Shown here piece after piece: positions 62,111 through 64,000 of a DNA stretch of 64,000 nt; the stretch's first letter is position 1, and every line of letters begins with the position of its first letter. The notes below the pieces were generated by a model. That model was not told where the DNA came from and ran no database searches. It worked only from the letters and a program-made list of their open reading frames with translations. The DNA comes from Mustelus asterias (taxonomy: Eukaryota): assembly GCF_964213995.1 (NCBI RefSeq), contig NW_027590190.1, positions 186,001-250,000 on the forward strand. Direction: 5' to 3'. The translations under genes were made by a program, and so were the position numbers.

Positions 62111-63663
62111 AATGAACTTCAGAGTGAAACTCCCTCCTCTGTGTACATCAGGGAGGAAATCAATGTTTCCCCCTTTCCATTTCTTTTCTCATTCTGGGGG
62201 AAATTGGGGACTTGCAGCAACTGAAGGGAAAGGAAGTGAATCCAGGAAGGCTGCAGACTCTGAAAAGCTTACAGACGAACATCGGAATTAGGAGCAGGAC
62301 TAGGCCCAGGTATCTTTTTCTTTCTCTCTCAAAGATATTGACATCCTTTAGCCCCCTCAGTTTGACACATTTATTTATGTGGCTAATAGGATAGCCTCTT
62401 ACCCAATGTTCACAATTAAAGGGGGAATTTTCCCAGGAGAAAGCTAACATTTAAATGAACAGAAAATTCGTGTGGGACAGAGATATGTACAATGTAGTTA
62501 TATTGCATCTACTACGTTATTTATGATCCCTTATTTCTTGTCTTGAAATATATAGCAATGTGGCTACTTTACTTATTTCCAGTGATGGAGACGTTACAAC
62601 ATAGAAGGAATCAGTTTGGCAATTCAGATCCATGCCAACTCTCTGTGGAGCAATTCAGTCAGTCCCATTCCTCTCTATATTCCCATTCCCCTGAGTTTCA
62701 CATCACAATGGAATGGGTGAGAGTGCCAGATAATCTGGGACTGGGGTGGAGTTGTGCAATGTCACTGAGGAGGAACAAAATGGTCTTGATGATGATGTGG
62801 ATATGTGGCTGGAAGCTCATCTTGGGGTGAAATATTTCACCATGATTGTGAACAGCCTGGTTCAGCCTCAGACAGTTGCCAGGAAGACGGAGAGAGTTTT
62901 TTTTAAAAAAGATTATTTATTAGTCGCAAGTAAGGCTTACATTAACATTGCAATGAAGTTACTGTGAAATTCCCCTAGTCGCCCCACTCCGACGCCTGTT
63001 CGGGTCAATGCACTTTTTTAACCAGCACATCTTTCAGTTGCTGGCGAGGAAGTGGAGTTTGTATTCAGACTGAAGACACTGGGTTCAGTTTTCCCAGTAT
63101 TTATACAAAATAAATTTCTGTTCTTTTAGTACTGCAAGTCAGATAAGTCAGGATGGTGTGTGAGTTGGAGGAACTTGGAGGTGATGGTGTTTATATCCAC
63201 CTGCTACCTTGGTCCTTCTAGATGCTGGAGGTTGAGGGTTTAGGAGATTCTGTCAAAGTTCTTGTCAAGATGCAGATGTATAAATCCCTCTCTTTCACCC
63301 CAGCCACTCCTACTTCTCTCTGTCTCCTCCCACAGTGCCACAGTGGGTCTTGTGTAGACCTAGACTGTGTGGCAGGGTTCCTTCCCTGAAGGACATCAAT
63401 AAACCAGTTGTGTTTTTATGACAATTCAGCAGCTTTCATGGTTACTTTTTCCTCATGCTGACCCCACAAATTACCAGATTTCCAGATTCATTCAGCTCAA
63501 TTTAACAACCCATCTTTGCATTTTTGTGGGTTCTTTTTCACTCTGTTTTCTGTTTTAAATCAATTTCGCACTGTTTTAGAAGAGGGGGATTTGCAGTTGA
63601 GAAACTGAAACCAAACATGACATCAGAACCTGATGGAGTCGGCCAATTTATTGTATTTTGAAC

Positions 63664-64000
63664 ATGGAAGAAAAAAGTGCCATTCACAGTAGAGAGAAAA
63701 TGTACACGTGTTCTTTGTGTGGAGAATCATCTGGCCTTTCGGAACATAGTTGCAGTCACAACAGGAAAATAGCATGTGAGGATTGTGGGAAGGAATTCAA
63801 TTACCCATCCCTGCTGGAAACTCATCGACGCAGTCACACTGGGGAGAGGCCATTCACCTGTTCCCAGTGTGGGAAGGGATTCACTCAGTTATCCAGCTTA
63901 CATATGCACCAGAGGACTCATGCTGAGGAGAGGCCATTCACCTGCTCCCAATGTGGGAAGGGATTCAATCAGTCATCCAACCTCGCAACACACCAGCGAG
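63664..64000 (+). CDS. C2H2 zinc-finger protein, 5' part (runs off the window)
   Basis: Open frame [54 protein letters not shown]; absent from the ORF track because it has no stop. Confidence 0.85.
   Translation, partial: MEEKSAIHSREKMYTCSLCGESSGLSEHSCSHNRKIACEDCGKEFNYPSLLETHRRSHTGERPFTCSQCGKGFTQLSSLHMHQRTHAEERPFTCSQCGKGFNQSSNLATHQR

Overview
Vertebrate genomic DNA, most likely a cartilaginous fish (shark), judged from HE1/V-SINE-like SINEs, abundant CR1 LINEs and Penelope-like elements. The window is part of a C2H2 zinc-finger gene cluster with 11 loci: 5 intact or nearly intact, 1 truncated by the window end, 2 with a single frameshift and 3 decayed. No KRAB, SCAN or BTB exon is visible. 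Eight loci form four head-to-head pairs around CpG-rich promoters (about 24, 36, 51 and 62 kb), and two more promoters (12 and 43.7 kb) have one gene. The promoters reuse a shared NRF1/CCAAT/GC-box cassette. The genes share a leader of decayed fingers and a conserved block after the stop codon that reads LQGLDSAVIAAVNHIQD in frame. Intergenic DNA is mostly CR1, L2, RTE and Rex1 LINE fragments, SINEs, an LTR remnant with an iMet primer site, and Penelope-like ends carrying minimal hammerhead motifs. A tRNA-Leu/tRNA-Gly dimer fused to a CR1 3' tail is inserted in a CR1. All calls come from reading the sequence by eye; repeat boundaries are approximate.
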